Below, in pieces: positions 24,042 through 35,400 of a stretch of 64,000 nucleotides of DNA. A program made the position numbers and the translations under genes. Source of the stretch: Dimorphilus gyrociliatus (Eukaryota; Animalia; Annelida). The stretch is taken from positions 2,433,700 through 2,497,699 of the forward strand of contig CAJFCJ010000019.1 of the NCBI GenBank assembly GCA_904063045.1, in the 5' to 3' direction. How positions within the stretch are numbered: the first letter of the stretch is position 1; each line of letters begins with the position of its first letter. The notes beneath the pieces were generated by a model. The model did no database searches. It worked only from the letters and a program-made list of their open reading frames with translations, and was not told where the DNA came from.

Positions 24042-26248
24042 TGCGGGATAGGAGGAGAAACGTTCTTGCAACGTGAGTGGAATAATTACGACATTTTCGA
24101 GCTAGCATATGCACGGTCGTGCACTAGTAAAAAGTGAGAAAAGTTAAGATGATAATGTGCCAAACAGGATGTCTTTATTGTATAGAGAATTTATTGACAG
24201 CTAAAGAAATATTTCCGATTTTTCTTGTTTCCCATCAATTTGACTGTCGCATTTCAGGTTGCGCCATCTCTTGGACAATCGAGTCATTAAGGGCGGGCTT
24301 TTATTTTCAAATATAGGTCAACTGCAATCTGTCGACGCTATCAGCAATCACGGCGCTTGCTTGCTGGACAGAGGCCAGCTGGGGCATCGTACTGGCGTAT
24401 AAAAGTATTTATAGAACATCAACGAGAGAGAAAATTTCCGTGACGCTTATTAACCGATAGCAATGGCAGGGTCGCTCGACGCCGTAGAGCGTCGTTTAGA
24501 GGCCGATAAGCGCTTTTTTCCTACTTTGATCAAATCGAAGCGTCAAAGTATGTAAAAAATGGACAGAGAGATAAGGAACAGCGCGCAAGAAAAGGGAGAA
24601 AAAAAACAAACAAACAAGAAAATTCGATAAACGGCGGCGTAAATTATCGGGGCGCTCGATAGCGATATATTATTCGATTTAGAGAGGCGGTCGACAATTA
24701 CGCCTATTGTTGCTTAGACGGTTCGGCCAAGATGACCTACGGAGGTCAACTCGTCATAGTTCGTCATGCCTGTCACGTTGGTGGGCAAATGATTGAAAGA
24801 CGTGCCATAATTGTTTCTCGAGAGTTTGCGGTCTAGTAAGTGTTTGCACGTTTTTCAATGGCCTAATATAGGCTGAGTAAACTAATTCATCATACAGCCG
24901 CAAGACTTGATTTCATGCGCTATAGAGCTTCCATATATCGTTGTTACGTATTAATTATATCAGATTTAGTAAGTGATACTACATTTCTACGATTTGGATA
25001 GGGATATGAAGAAGGGAAGGGAAAAGAGACGGTTTTCAAAAAGAATAAGACAGTCGCACGCTAAACGCTGCGTCATTAATGCAGCACGGCTGGAGAAAAT
25101 TAGTAAACTTTCATTCCGGGCATATATAAATCCCACATGATCGACCGTAAATCGCGCTCTCTCTCTCCCTTACACGTCTGAAGTTCCCGTGAGGTAAAAA
25201 TTATTTAAAAAATACTATTATCATTATTATTATTATTTCTATAATAAGCATTATTATTTATACAATAAAGAATAAATGAATTATACAGACGCAAACCTCC
25301 ATGACGTCGATCCTCCGTTTTTCTTATAAGTCCAAGATGTGTGTAGGGGCGATCCTTCGCAATCGTCATCCGTACTAGTATCACCAGCAGAGGATTGTGT
25401 ACGGACGCTAGTCAAAGGAATTTCTTCCGGGTTACGATAGGTTTTATTACGATTTAAGTTGAAATAGACGCTCATCGTAACCGACTAAAAACTAGCATGT
25501 TAAGAATATGTAGTAAGACCGGCCAGCGTCTATGCGTCTCCGCCTCTGCCCGGACTAGACATATATCAACTGGCGTCGCGCTATATACCTTATCAGGCGT
25601 CTAACTTTTTCTTTTTTTACTTTTTAGCCATACCCAATCGACAAGACAACGTCTTAAGATATTGTTAATCAAAACAGGGGTGAGAGAAAGGAAGAATTTA
25701 AGGGTATAAATATAGAAGATATCCTATTTACACTCGGATTAATCAATCGTACATCTGGGACGACCGAGTACAATAATTATGCTGCAGGAATTTGCAAGCT
25801 GACAGCCTTCTGTATTAACGGGATTTTTTCTTGCATTAATACAACCGTCTATTTACACACAGCTCCAAATACTATATACATACAACACGTAGGTAAAATT
25901 AGACACATTTTACTGTATTTTTATTTATAAGGCCGTTTGTACATGTGTATATTACTTATTTGTATGATATTCTTTTACGGGAAAATCAGTAATTCAATTT
26001 ATATCTCTTGTGTCCACTATATATTCATTGTATATTACATACACATATATATCTTTTAGTTATCTATAGTCAAGCTGTGTACAGCCTATACTAAGATAGT
26101 TAGACGGCTAAAGTTAGTTATCCTGTAATCAATACGGTGAAGAAAGTAAGCAACGGAAGGCTTTATCAATTAATATTTCAGTGAGTAGCGGTAAATTATA
26201 TTTTTAAAGGCAATAAAATCAATATAGCGCCATCTTTGGTGACAAATA

Positions 26249-27395
26249 TTAGTCTTTTCTGAATAAAAGAATCTTGTTGTTACTCGGCATATCGAACTGT
26301 AAGGGATTAAGAAAATTTCATCTCTGTCATAAAGTAGCATATACAGGAAAAACGAAAATAAAGGAGAAGAAGGAAATGGGAAACAAACCATTTTTTCCAA
26401 TTGCATTCCATTTTCTTTGGCTAACTTTTCTAATTCGTCGACATCGCGCAATCCCCATTCTGCGTTCCTTAATACGATAACCATATAAATCGTTATGTAA
26501 ATATACTATCAACCGCACATATTTATACATATTTGCATAGATAAGCTTCGTGTAATTGTAATAAATCTATTTAATGTCTATTTCTACGTACTGTTGTCGT
26601 AGCATATTGTCGAATTGAACGTTACTTTCCGGCGTTATTATTCCATGCAATTTATAAGGCTGAAAATGGAAAAATAATAAATTGAGTTGAATAAGCTTGA
26701 TGAAAGATTAATAAAAGAAAGCTTACCCCATAAGTTATTAGTAGACCACCTTTCTTTAAATAGTATCCGCTGCCCTTGAATAAACCCTATAATAAGATTA
26801 TAAAAAATATATCAACTTGCTCAATAAACATTTACAAGCTGCATATGAAAAAAAGTATAAAATAAGAAAAAAACAACAAATGTACCTCAGAGCAGAGAAA
26901 GGGACTTATATGCATCATATTAGAATTAAATACCACATCGAAAGTTTTATTTGTTAATTTTCCACTGGCCCAATTTGATGGATTAATTGTGACGTCCAAA
27001 AGAAGTGGTGTCTGGACATTGAAACATCTTCCGGAAGCTGCTTCTATATGATCTCGTATACTATGAATAAAAAGGGTAAGTTTTTTAAAAAACATTAAAC
27101 AATAATATTAAGCGAGATAAATAATTTATACCTCTTTAAATACTTTTCGTCACAATCTGTTGGTAGCCATGTCAGATGGGTTAGATTCTGAGAGAAGTAT
27201 ACTGCATGTTGACCAGTGCCTATTTATTGTGATTAAAAAGAAAAAAATTGCTGAAGGTAATATATTAATTAGTCAATGTCAACCTGCTGCTATTTCTAGA
27301 ACGGCTTGTTTTTCATCCTGCGGTTTTAATACTTCCTTTAAAACCTGGAGTATAGGCTCCTTATTTCTTTCAGCGGCCGGTGATTTCAATGCCAT
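26249..27395 (-). CDS. METTL26: Methyltransferase-like 26 (DUF938), multi-exon; in-frame upstream ATG at 27485 possible
   Basis: SPAAERNKEPILQVL, VLEIAAGTGQHAVYF, INPSNW, NMMHISP, LRNAEWGLRD and MPSNNKILLFRK. Confidence 0.92.
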
Positions 27396-27438
27396 ATTTC
27401 CATCCTTTAGACTCTTTATTCTGTAGCCTAGCAGACGA

Positions 27439-27502
27439 CAGGAAGTGACGCAAAATGACGGAAATATTCTTCGAGGGAGAAACATATCATTTGCGCATGC
27501 GT
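27439..27502. promoter_or_regulatory. Compact bidirectional promoter with ETS (CAGGAAGTG) and NRF1-like (TGCGCATGCG) motifs
   Basis: The motifs at 27439-27447 and 27492-27501 lie between the METTL26 ATG (27395, minus) and a plus-strand ATG at 27527. Confidence 0.45.
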
Positions 27503-27526
27503 CAACTGAAGTGAAGGTCGTGAATC

Positions 27527-27969
27527 ATGTTTAAAGTTATGGATCAAAAGACTGACCGCATTACAAAGGCAAGAGTAGGTATGTATTTGTCAAATTTACT
27601 ATAAATAACATTAAATATTATATCTAAAATATTATGATTATAAATTTTTCTGTGACCATGATATTTCATTGTTTACCCCCATAGGTCATCCAGAAAAGAA
27701 TTTTCAACAACTCAAAAGGGTACGCGACTTCGAAGCATTATATCAATTCGACAAAGAGTACGTTCTTTTAGAAGCACTTTTTCGTGTTCGTTTACGTTCT
27801 TCTTTTTATTTTGTTCAGCATCCCGCAAACTCCAGTCTTTAAAGAAGGCAAAAATAAACGACAAAAAAACCGCCTTGATGAAAAATCTCTGATATCTAGA
27901 CCATTTGATTCCTCTTGGAATCACAAAGCATGTGTTTCATATATGAAAGAAGGTAGGAAAACTCTCTAA
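27527..27969 (+). CDS. Predicted small basic uncharacterised protein (91 aa), 3 exons (27527-27578, 27685-27757, 27819-27969)
   Basis: Two canonical GT-AG introns with matching phases (1, then 2) give an open frame MFKVMDQKTDRITKARVGHPEKNFQQLKRVRDFEALYQFDKDIPQTPVFKEG...; no family recognised. Confidence 0.5.
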
Positions 27970-28369
27970 TATTTTATAGATATTTTTAAATATACAGTAT
28001 ATATATAAACAATATAACAATCGTTCAAACCAAAGCCACCTTCTGTTCATTAATTAAACTGAATCTATGATAAAAAATATAGATATAGCATTAATTCTTT
28101 CTCTCAAATGATTCTAGTATATTTATTTATAACCTTTCACTTTTTATGTAGCTTATCAGACTTATAAAAAATATATGCATACAAAAGCAATAATGGACTT
28201 CAGAGGGGTTTTTTTAGATATCTTCATCTAAAATTTATTGTTTCAGTTGGTTTTTTTTTTAAACCATATTTTCCAGTCATTATTGCTGGGAGAATTATTA
28301 TGGCAGTGTTTCTCAATACTCTTAACTAGTACGTTTCAGCAAAAGATTAATTATTATAGTTTTCTCCTA

Positions 28370-28371
<2 letters not shown>

Positions 28372-28413
<42 letters not shown>
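28372..28413. repeat. (CT)n microsatellite
   Basis: About 20 CT units. A second (CT)n/(ATCT)n run lies at about 61520-61558. Confidence 0.95.
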
Positions 28414-28416
<3 letters not shown>

Positions 28417-28563
28417 ATGATTAATTTACAGTAGAAGAGATTTACGTTATATATATATTTAGACATATATTGTATGTCTTATTATTATTATATAATAATA
28501 TAAATATATACTGAATATAAAAGGTCATTTTTCAAACAATATTGATGTTTCTTAATTGATAAA

Positions 28564-28725
28564 ATGAAACTAATGCTTCCTTTCTTTACCACTAGTATAA
28601 TTTTGTTTCTTTCTTCTTCAATAGCTATGAAAAGGGTTCAGGACAAAGCCACACGAAAAAACTATCAAAGTATCGACTATTTAATTTACTATCAAAACAA
28701 AACTCCAATAAGCGATAACGGTTAG
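28564..28725 (+). CDS. Possible small secreted peptide precursor or first exon of a secreted protein (53 aa)
   Basis: MKLMLPFFTTSIILFLSSSIA resembles a signal peptide; it is followed by KR and RK sites and ends DNG*. A possible GT donor lies at 28721. Confidence 0.3.
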   Translation: MKLMLPFFTTSIILFLSSSIAMKRVQDKATRKNYQSIDYLIYYQNKTPISDNG

Positions 28726-29405
28726 TAGAGAAACTATCCTTCTTTAGATAATAATAGTCTGTTAATGGCTTTTTTATTACATATAATGATAATTATATAT
28801 ATCTTATTCTCTCTTAATAGATTATAAGAAATTTGATATGAAAAAATTTTTAGTAAATCGTAAAGAGGATTTATTATTGAAAGGGGCGAAGGGATCTACC
28901 GCGTGAAACCCACTTTTTTCTAAAAATTCAAGAAAAGGATTATTATGAAACTACTTTCTTTATACGCCTGTTAAAACGAATTGTTTATTTGTTAATAAAA
29001 TTTAAAAAATGACATATTGATAAACAATTGCAGCTTAGATATATATATATATATATATATATATTAGTTATAAATATTAGAATTATTAGAAATGTGGTAT
29101 ATAAAAAAAGGGTGACGCCTGTCTGTCTGTCTGTGAGTACGTCGGCTGCCAGACCAGACATGATGAAATTCTAGAAAGTTCTGCGTAATTCTTGTGGGAA
29201 ACAAAGAAAATTTAAAAGTTCCATGGGAAAATTAGAGGGGGTATTTATATCACAGAGCAACTATCTACCGTAATCAAAGCCTATTAGCAACTTAAGATAG
29301 TGAACTAGCCAATCAGCAATTGAAAGTCAATTTTTTATCCAGAAAGTTCCCACGCCATACCAAAAGTGGGTTATTACGTCTGTCATTTGGTGGTGAAGCA
29401 TTGAC

Positions 29406-30908
29406 ATGGCAGCTAAAGAAAGAAGAGAGATAGTTCTTGAAGATAAAATTGAAGATGTATGCAAGAAGTTCGACTGTACCATTTACCGCGAGAAAAGACA
29501 AAGAACTTTTGGACCAAGGCCACCACTAAAGACTTTTAATCCGGAAAGAGGTTCGGAAGTTTTTGTTAATTCACTACCCCGTAATTTATTGGAAGATGAG
29601 TTGGTACCTTTCTTTAGTACTGTCGGAGAATTGTATGAGACAAGGTTAATGATGGAAGATTGGGATGCACTAAACACCCAAGGTTTCGCTTTTGTAAAGT
29701 ATACATCGACCGAAGGCGCCAAAGCGGCTGTTGATAATTTGAATGGCGCTCATATTAGACCCGGTTGCCCCATTTCGGTAAAAATAAGCATCGATAATAG
29801 AGAGTTGTATATAACTTGCATAAAAAGGACTCTGACCAAAGACGAAATACTCAATGATCTATCAAAAGTCTTAGCGGGTGTAGTGGACGTAACTATATAT
29901 AAGAATAGCACTAATCCACCTAATTATAGTAATAGGGGATTCGCTTTTATTCAATTTGAAAATAATCGTCTAGCAGCCAAAGCTAGAAAATTAATAATTC
30001 AGAAGAAAGTTAAAGTTGGTGGAGTTACTATTTGTGGCGAATGGGCTGAACCGGAGCATAAGCAAGTCAATGTTGCATTTATGGGTGAAAGACCGGAAAG
30101 TATGAAACACTTGTTTGTTAGGAACGTAGGGGTCGATACAACGCCTGAAGAGCTTTGCGAAGAATTTAATAAGGCAATTGGAAAACCGGATGCCGTGGCA
30201 AACGTGAAATGTTTTAATGAAGCGGCCTTTATCGATATGAAAACAAGCGAAGATGGTGTACTCGCCGTTTCGATTATGAATGGTAGAGTCTTCAAAGGTC
30301 AAGAACTATCAGTTGTTCTCTCAAAGGCTCAATTTAAAATGGCTAATCCCCTAGTTGAAAGGATAACGAATCGCTTCAAATTTTATCGTCTAGACGTTGT
30401 ACCTGGATTGGAAACTGATCGCCAATCACATCTTGGAGCTCGAAGATTTGATCCAAATGGTTTTGTTAATATGCTATTGGCATTTTGCAAATTTGGTGAT
30501 GATTTAAATAGACTAGAAACTCCCATTTGGATATTTGAGAGGACGGTAACTGAGAGTGGAAAAATATATTTTTCTTGTACTTGTAGAGTTGACATTAAAA
30601 CTGGTGGATCTTTATGTGCAAAAACCGAAAAACTCTATGAAAAATCTGAGCACGCCAAGATAATGTCATCAGCCGTAATGATTAGGAGAGTAGCAGAATT
30701 TTTGTTATGGCAGCAACCACCGCAGCAACAGCCTCCTGCCTACATGCACCCAATACCATCATACCCTCCCCAAATGCAATACCATTTACAGCAACAATTT
30801 GTTCCTGTTCCAATTACTGAAATGCACCCTCATCCAGAATACATCTATAATGAATGTTCACGAGTCTACGACTTCTCAGCGATGAGTCATAATCTTCATT
30901 ACTACTAA
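29406..30908 (+). CDS. Intronless A1CF/RBM46/RBM47/DND1-family RNA-binding protein (3 RRMs + C-terminal dsRBD-like domain)
   Basis: QRTFGPRPP; RRM1 GSEVFVNSLPRNLLEDELVPFF..LYETRLMM..GFAFVKY..ISIDNRELY; RRM2 NRGFAFIQF..EWAEPE; RRM3 KHLFVRNV; a putative DSRM region and a Q/P tail. Confidence 0.85.
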   Translation: MAAKERREIVLEDKIEDVCKKFDCTIYREKRQRTFGPRPPLKTFNPERGSEVFVNSLPRNLLEDELVPFFSTVGELYETRLMMEDWDALNTQGFAFVKYTSTEGAKAAVDNLNGAHIRPGCPISVKISIDNRELYITCIKRTLTKDEILNDLSKVLAGVVDVTIYKNSTNPPNYSNRGFAFIQFENNRLAAKARKLIIQKKVKVGGVTICGEWAEPEHKQVNVAFMGERPESMKHLFVRNVGVDTTPEELCEEFNKAIGKPDAVANVKCFNEAAFIDMKTSEDGVLAVSIMNGRVFKGQELSVVLSKAQFKMANPLVERITNRFKFYRLDVVPGLETDRQSHLGARRFDPNGFVNMLLAFCKFGDDLNRLETPIWIFERTVTESGKIYFSCTCRVDIKTGGSLCAKTEKLYEKSEHAKIMSSAVMIRRVAEFLLWQQPPQQQPPAYMHPIPSYPPQMQYHLQQQFVPVPITEMHPHPEYIYNECSRVYDFSAMSHNLHYY

Positions 30909-31153
30909 TTTCTTTTATACAAGTATATTTTTTCATTTTCATGCTAGATACTAGCCATTTTGGACATGAGCAATTTTTTTCATATATATATATAGGCCTG
31001 TTTATATTTTTTTTGTCTTTTCGTAATTAGCTATCTCTTCTGTAAAACTCGTAAAAATTTTCAAGGATTTCTTTTTCCATTTAATACAGTTTTTTTTTAA
31101 TAAAAATTGTCAGTTAGATTAAGTATAATAAATCAAGCTACACGCTCAGTAAA

Positions 31154-31600
31154 CTAACAATCCAGATAATGAGCAGCAATAAGCAAGTCAAGAGATATAT
31201 TCGGGTCGACAGTAAACTCAGGGATCGCTGAGAAGCTACAAGCGTAATGAGCCTTAAACATAATATAAACGCATACTTTCTCAAGTATATGAGACTGCAT
31301 GTCTTTGAAACGGACAGTAAATATTTCTCCAGTTCCTTCCTTATAATTACCTAGTAATAAATTATATATATTTAATTTTATTAAAATTATTAAATTGACT
31401 ATTTAAGAATAAAAGAGTATATATATATAATGCTTACCAGAGAGCATCTTTCTTATTGTACTGGAGCATAACCAGGCAAATTGAGTTTTGATTATAAATT
31501 CATGACCTCCTGCAGTTAGTTTTAGATATTTAGGTAAACGTTGTTTCTCGATGATTATTATTTCCTCTCCAAATGAATTGACTTCGTCTATTATGAACAT
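31154..31600 (-). CDS. Divergent Elongin C paralog, 2 exons (31600-31438, 31350-31154), 119 aa
   Basis: KYLKLTAGGHEFIIKTQFAWLCSSTIRKMLSG, then NYKEGTGEIFTVRFKDMQSHILEKVCVYIMFKAHY..IPEFTVDPNISLDLLIAAHYLDC*. This is colinear with ELOC (VKLISSDGHEFIVK..SGTIKAMLSG..SHVLSKVCMYF..IPEFPI..LELLMAANFLDC). Confidence 0.88.
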
Positions 31601-32481
31601 TTTTATTGTCCTTTCTCCAAACTGAAAATTGTTCTAAATTTTATACTGTGATATTCATAAATTAGTACATCTCTTTAATAGATAAAAATAATAATGAGCG
31701 AGTTGGTAAATTGATTAAATATCATAAACATTTCTTTAGTATTATTTGTACAAATCTATGAGTTTCAACTTGTACACATTCCTGTCAATTTAAGTAATTA
31801 ACCTGGCGTATATAGTTCATAAAAAATGAAGTTAAGTATTAGTTCTAAATATAGTTATTTAACAAAAACATAATGTTTACTATTAATCGAGAGTCAAATG
31901 TAGTTGATTCAAAATAGTACTATTTTAATTTTATGGAAAATATTATCCTTGTTAGGTCACATGACCGTGACACGATAGGCGAAATAACCAAAATGACTTA
32001 CCAGTTAACAACTCCAACTCAAGGAGAAAGTTTCTCTTTATCGCTGATAACTTTCAACTTCCCCCATTCTATACTAAAAGCTGTAGCATATATCAACAAT
32101 TTAATTATAAGAGTATAGTTGCATTGATGTAACCTAATAGGCTAATTTATAAGCAATGCAATCTCCTGTGGAGAATTACTTTGTTGATACAAAAGCACAG
32201 ATTTATTACCTAAACTATATAAGATGATTTTGAATTAATGAGAATAATGTAAATTAGCCTTATCAAACTTGATATAATTATAAATATTTCAGAATAGCCA
32301 GTTGTGAACTATAACATTAATTATAAAACATATACTCAAGAACTGTCACAATAATGAATATTTAATATTGATATTATTTATAGAAAAAAATGAATAGGTC
32401 ATAATTTCGAAATTATAATATTTTTATATAACAACTAATTAAATATAAATAATTAGGAAAAGAAGATGGAAAGCGTATTCA

Positions 32482-35400
32482 TTACATCATCACAGATCCA
32501 GTTTTTCGTCCCACCCTCATCGTATACGGCTCATCATACCTGTCCAACAATCCACTTATCATGTTAGCCAATTCCAAAGCCGTAGGTCTTGATTGGGGTG
32601 TCAGGTGCCAACATTCTCTGATACATGTATATATGTCATTTGGAATAGAGATATTGCCCCTGTGTCTTGGAAGTCTATCGCCAGATTTTAATTTCCTTAA
32701 TACCAATGTTTTCATTCTTACTCCTTTTTCGAGAGGCTCTGGTAATAGTCCATGACGAGGTTTATCTCCTAATGTAAACACTTCCCACATTGTTACACCC
32801 ATCGCCCACATGTCATTTTTCCTTGTAAATTTCGAAGTTTCCATCGCTTCAGGAGCTGTCCAGAGAATAGGAAACTTTTGTGAGTGTGATAAAGTGTAAT
32901 AGTCAGTCTCATCTAATATTCTTGACAGACCAAAGTCGGATATTTTACAAATATCTTTGTCAGCCGTCAATAAAATATTTCTAGCTGCCAAATCTCTATG
33001 AATAACATCACATCTATGTAGATAATCAAGACCGTAAGAGATCTGATAACAGTACTTCAATAATTTAATATAATCCATATGCGACCCGCTATCACGTAAT
33101 CTATGCAAATCACTTAGTAAGCTTCCACCCGCCATAAACTCCATTACGAGCATTACTGTGCCGTCAGCTGTTTGTCTACTATCAACCATAGCTAAAACTT
33201 TCACAATATTTTGGTGGCTCAGATGAGCTAGAATTGAAACTTCCTCTAAAAGTTCTTCTAAATCGTCTTCTCTTGCAGTTTTTAGAACTTTAACAGCACA
33301 GGGTATTTTACTTGCATGATCATTTAAAAAGCCTTTGAAAACTTGACAAAAGAATCCTTCTCCCAATGCAGTGTCGTTATCTAATTCGATATCTGTAGCA
33401 TTTCTAAATAAGTCCGTTGGAATAATTCTCTTAGCACTACTAGAGACTAAGCCCAGTGAATGTTTATTTTTGATACCCAATAATGATGGCGAAGTAGTTT
33501 CAATATTTGATGGATATTTCACGCAAAATGTTCTTCTTTGTAAATTTTCAGACACCTTGTGCATTATAACTAAAGATTGAGATGGCGTTAGACGATCTTC
33601 AGATCGAAATTTCCAGCATCCTCTCATCAGATCCATATAAATAGGAGCTAAAATATTAATAACTGATATTATTGAGTTTAAGACATTATCTTGAATAAAC
33701 TAACCGGTCCCGTTATTCACTGAACAATTCTCAGGTATTGGTAGAAACTTTTTCTTACTCAACTGTTTTAATAAGACGTCGGGTGAATCTTCACAAATAG
33801 GAAGGTCTCCGGCTGTCAAGACCTGCCATAGAGTTGTACCAACAGCATACATATCACTTTTTGACGAGACACTCGATAACTCGCTAAAAAGTTCAGGTGC
33901 TAACCACGGTAGTCTACCTAAATTACTTGAATCAACTAACGATTGCTCATCAGCATAAGTTACCACGCCCGGATCTGTTACCTTGACAAGAACATCACCA
34001 GTTTGACGATTATATTTGCTCACCTGTTAATCATCAATTGACAATCTAAAACATATTTATGAAAAGAAAAAAATCTAAACAAATACCATAACATTTCCTG
34101 CGTGGATATTTCCATGTATAGATCCCATTTTGTCCAAGTAACGAAAAGCATATAGAATTTGAGAGCAAATGGCTACGAGATGCTCCAAAAAAAGTTTTGG
34201 TCGATAAGAAAAAAATGTCATGAGACTACCGAAGCTGTTTAAAAAAGTAATTACTTTATAAATTTCCTTATACAAATGGAAAAATTCAATACGGGCAATA
34301 TTCCATAACAATACACAAGCTTGACATGTGGCTAACACCGTAAAACCTTATTAAATTAGGATGATTCCAGTTTTGAATAACAGTTGCGGTAGCTTGTAAG
34401 TGTTGCTATCGAAAAGTAGACATTTTGTTAAGCTCTTTTCAAAAGTATTATCTTACTGATGCATTACCTCCATTTCTTTTGAGGATTCTAGAGAGGATTC
34501 TTCTGGAAATAATACTCTTTTTAAAGCGACGTGATCGGAGAGTTCTTTCTTTAATTCAGCCCTTAGAACTTCTGTATAGAGTCCCTTTCCTAGGGAGTTT
34601 TTTACCAATAGTAGTTCACTTGGAATTTGATAAGCTTGATGATTAATGAACGAAGGCAATGGAGATGGTGCCATACACAATTCAAGACCACTAATTAAAC
34701 CAAGGGAAGATTCTAAAAACAAGTTGATTTTTTATGTAACTTTCAATTAAAGTTAGACTTATCAAAGTGAAACTAACTGATTGGTCTTTCTATAGGTCTA
34801 ATACTTCTCTTAACCTTTAAAGCCGAATGGGAAAGATGCCGCTGTTTCTTGTAGGAATCAACAAGTCTTCCTAACGTATCAAAGGCTGGTTGACGGGATA
34901 TGTGTATCATTCTTCCCGATTCTGAGAAAAGAGAATCTAAATAGAATTGTTTTTTCCATCTGTCATATTGAATTTCCGCCCTTCGAATGTCAAGACCACC
35001 CTCATAAACGTGCCAAAAGTGAAGATGAAATCTATACCTATTCATAAAAGATTCATTTTCGATAAGCCTTTCTAGGAAACACACCATATTTTTTAATATA
35101 GCTATCATAAATTATATATTTTTCTTCAAGACTTAATAGATTGCGACATACCATATCGTACAATGTTGAAAAACAATGTAATAACCTTTTGATTTTTCAT
35201 GTATCATTCTCTTTTTAGCAAACTCTTCTCTATTAAATTAATTTCAGACAACTATTAAATTTTTCTAGCCTAATTATGGAAGTGAAGAGATATGAAGAGT
35301 CTTACGTAATTGGTCCGTGGCAATGCCACATTGATAATGCATCAAGCATCGGAGAGCCGATTGATGGGGGAAAGACTAATTCTTTAATATGAAATGACAC

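Noticed and set aside
23830-24051. ORF ending in YIYIYIYI
   Set aside because: It is a translation of the (TA)n microsatellite.
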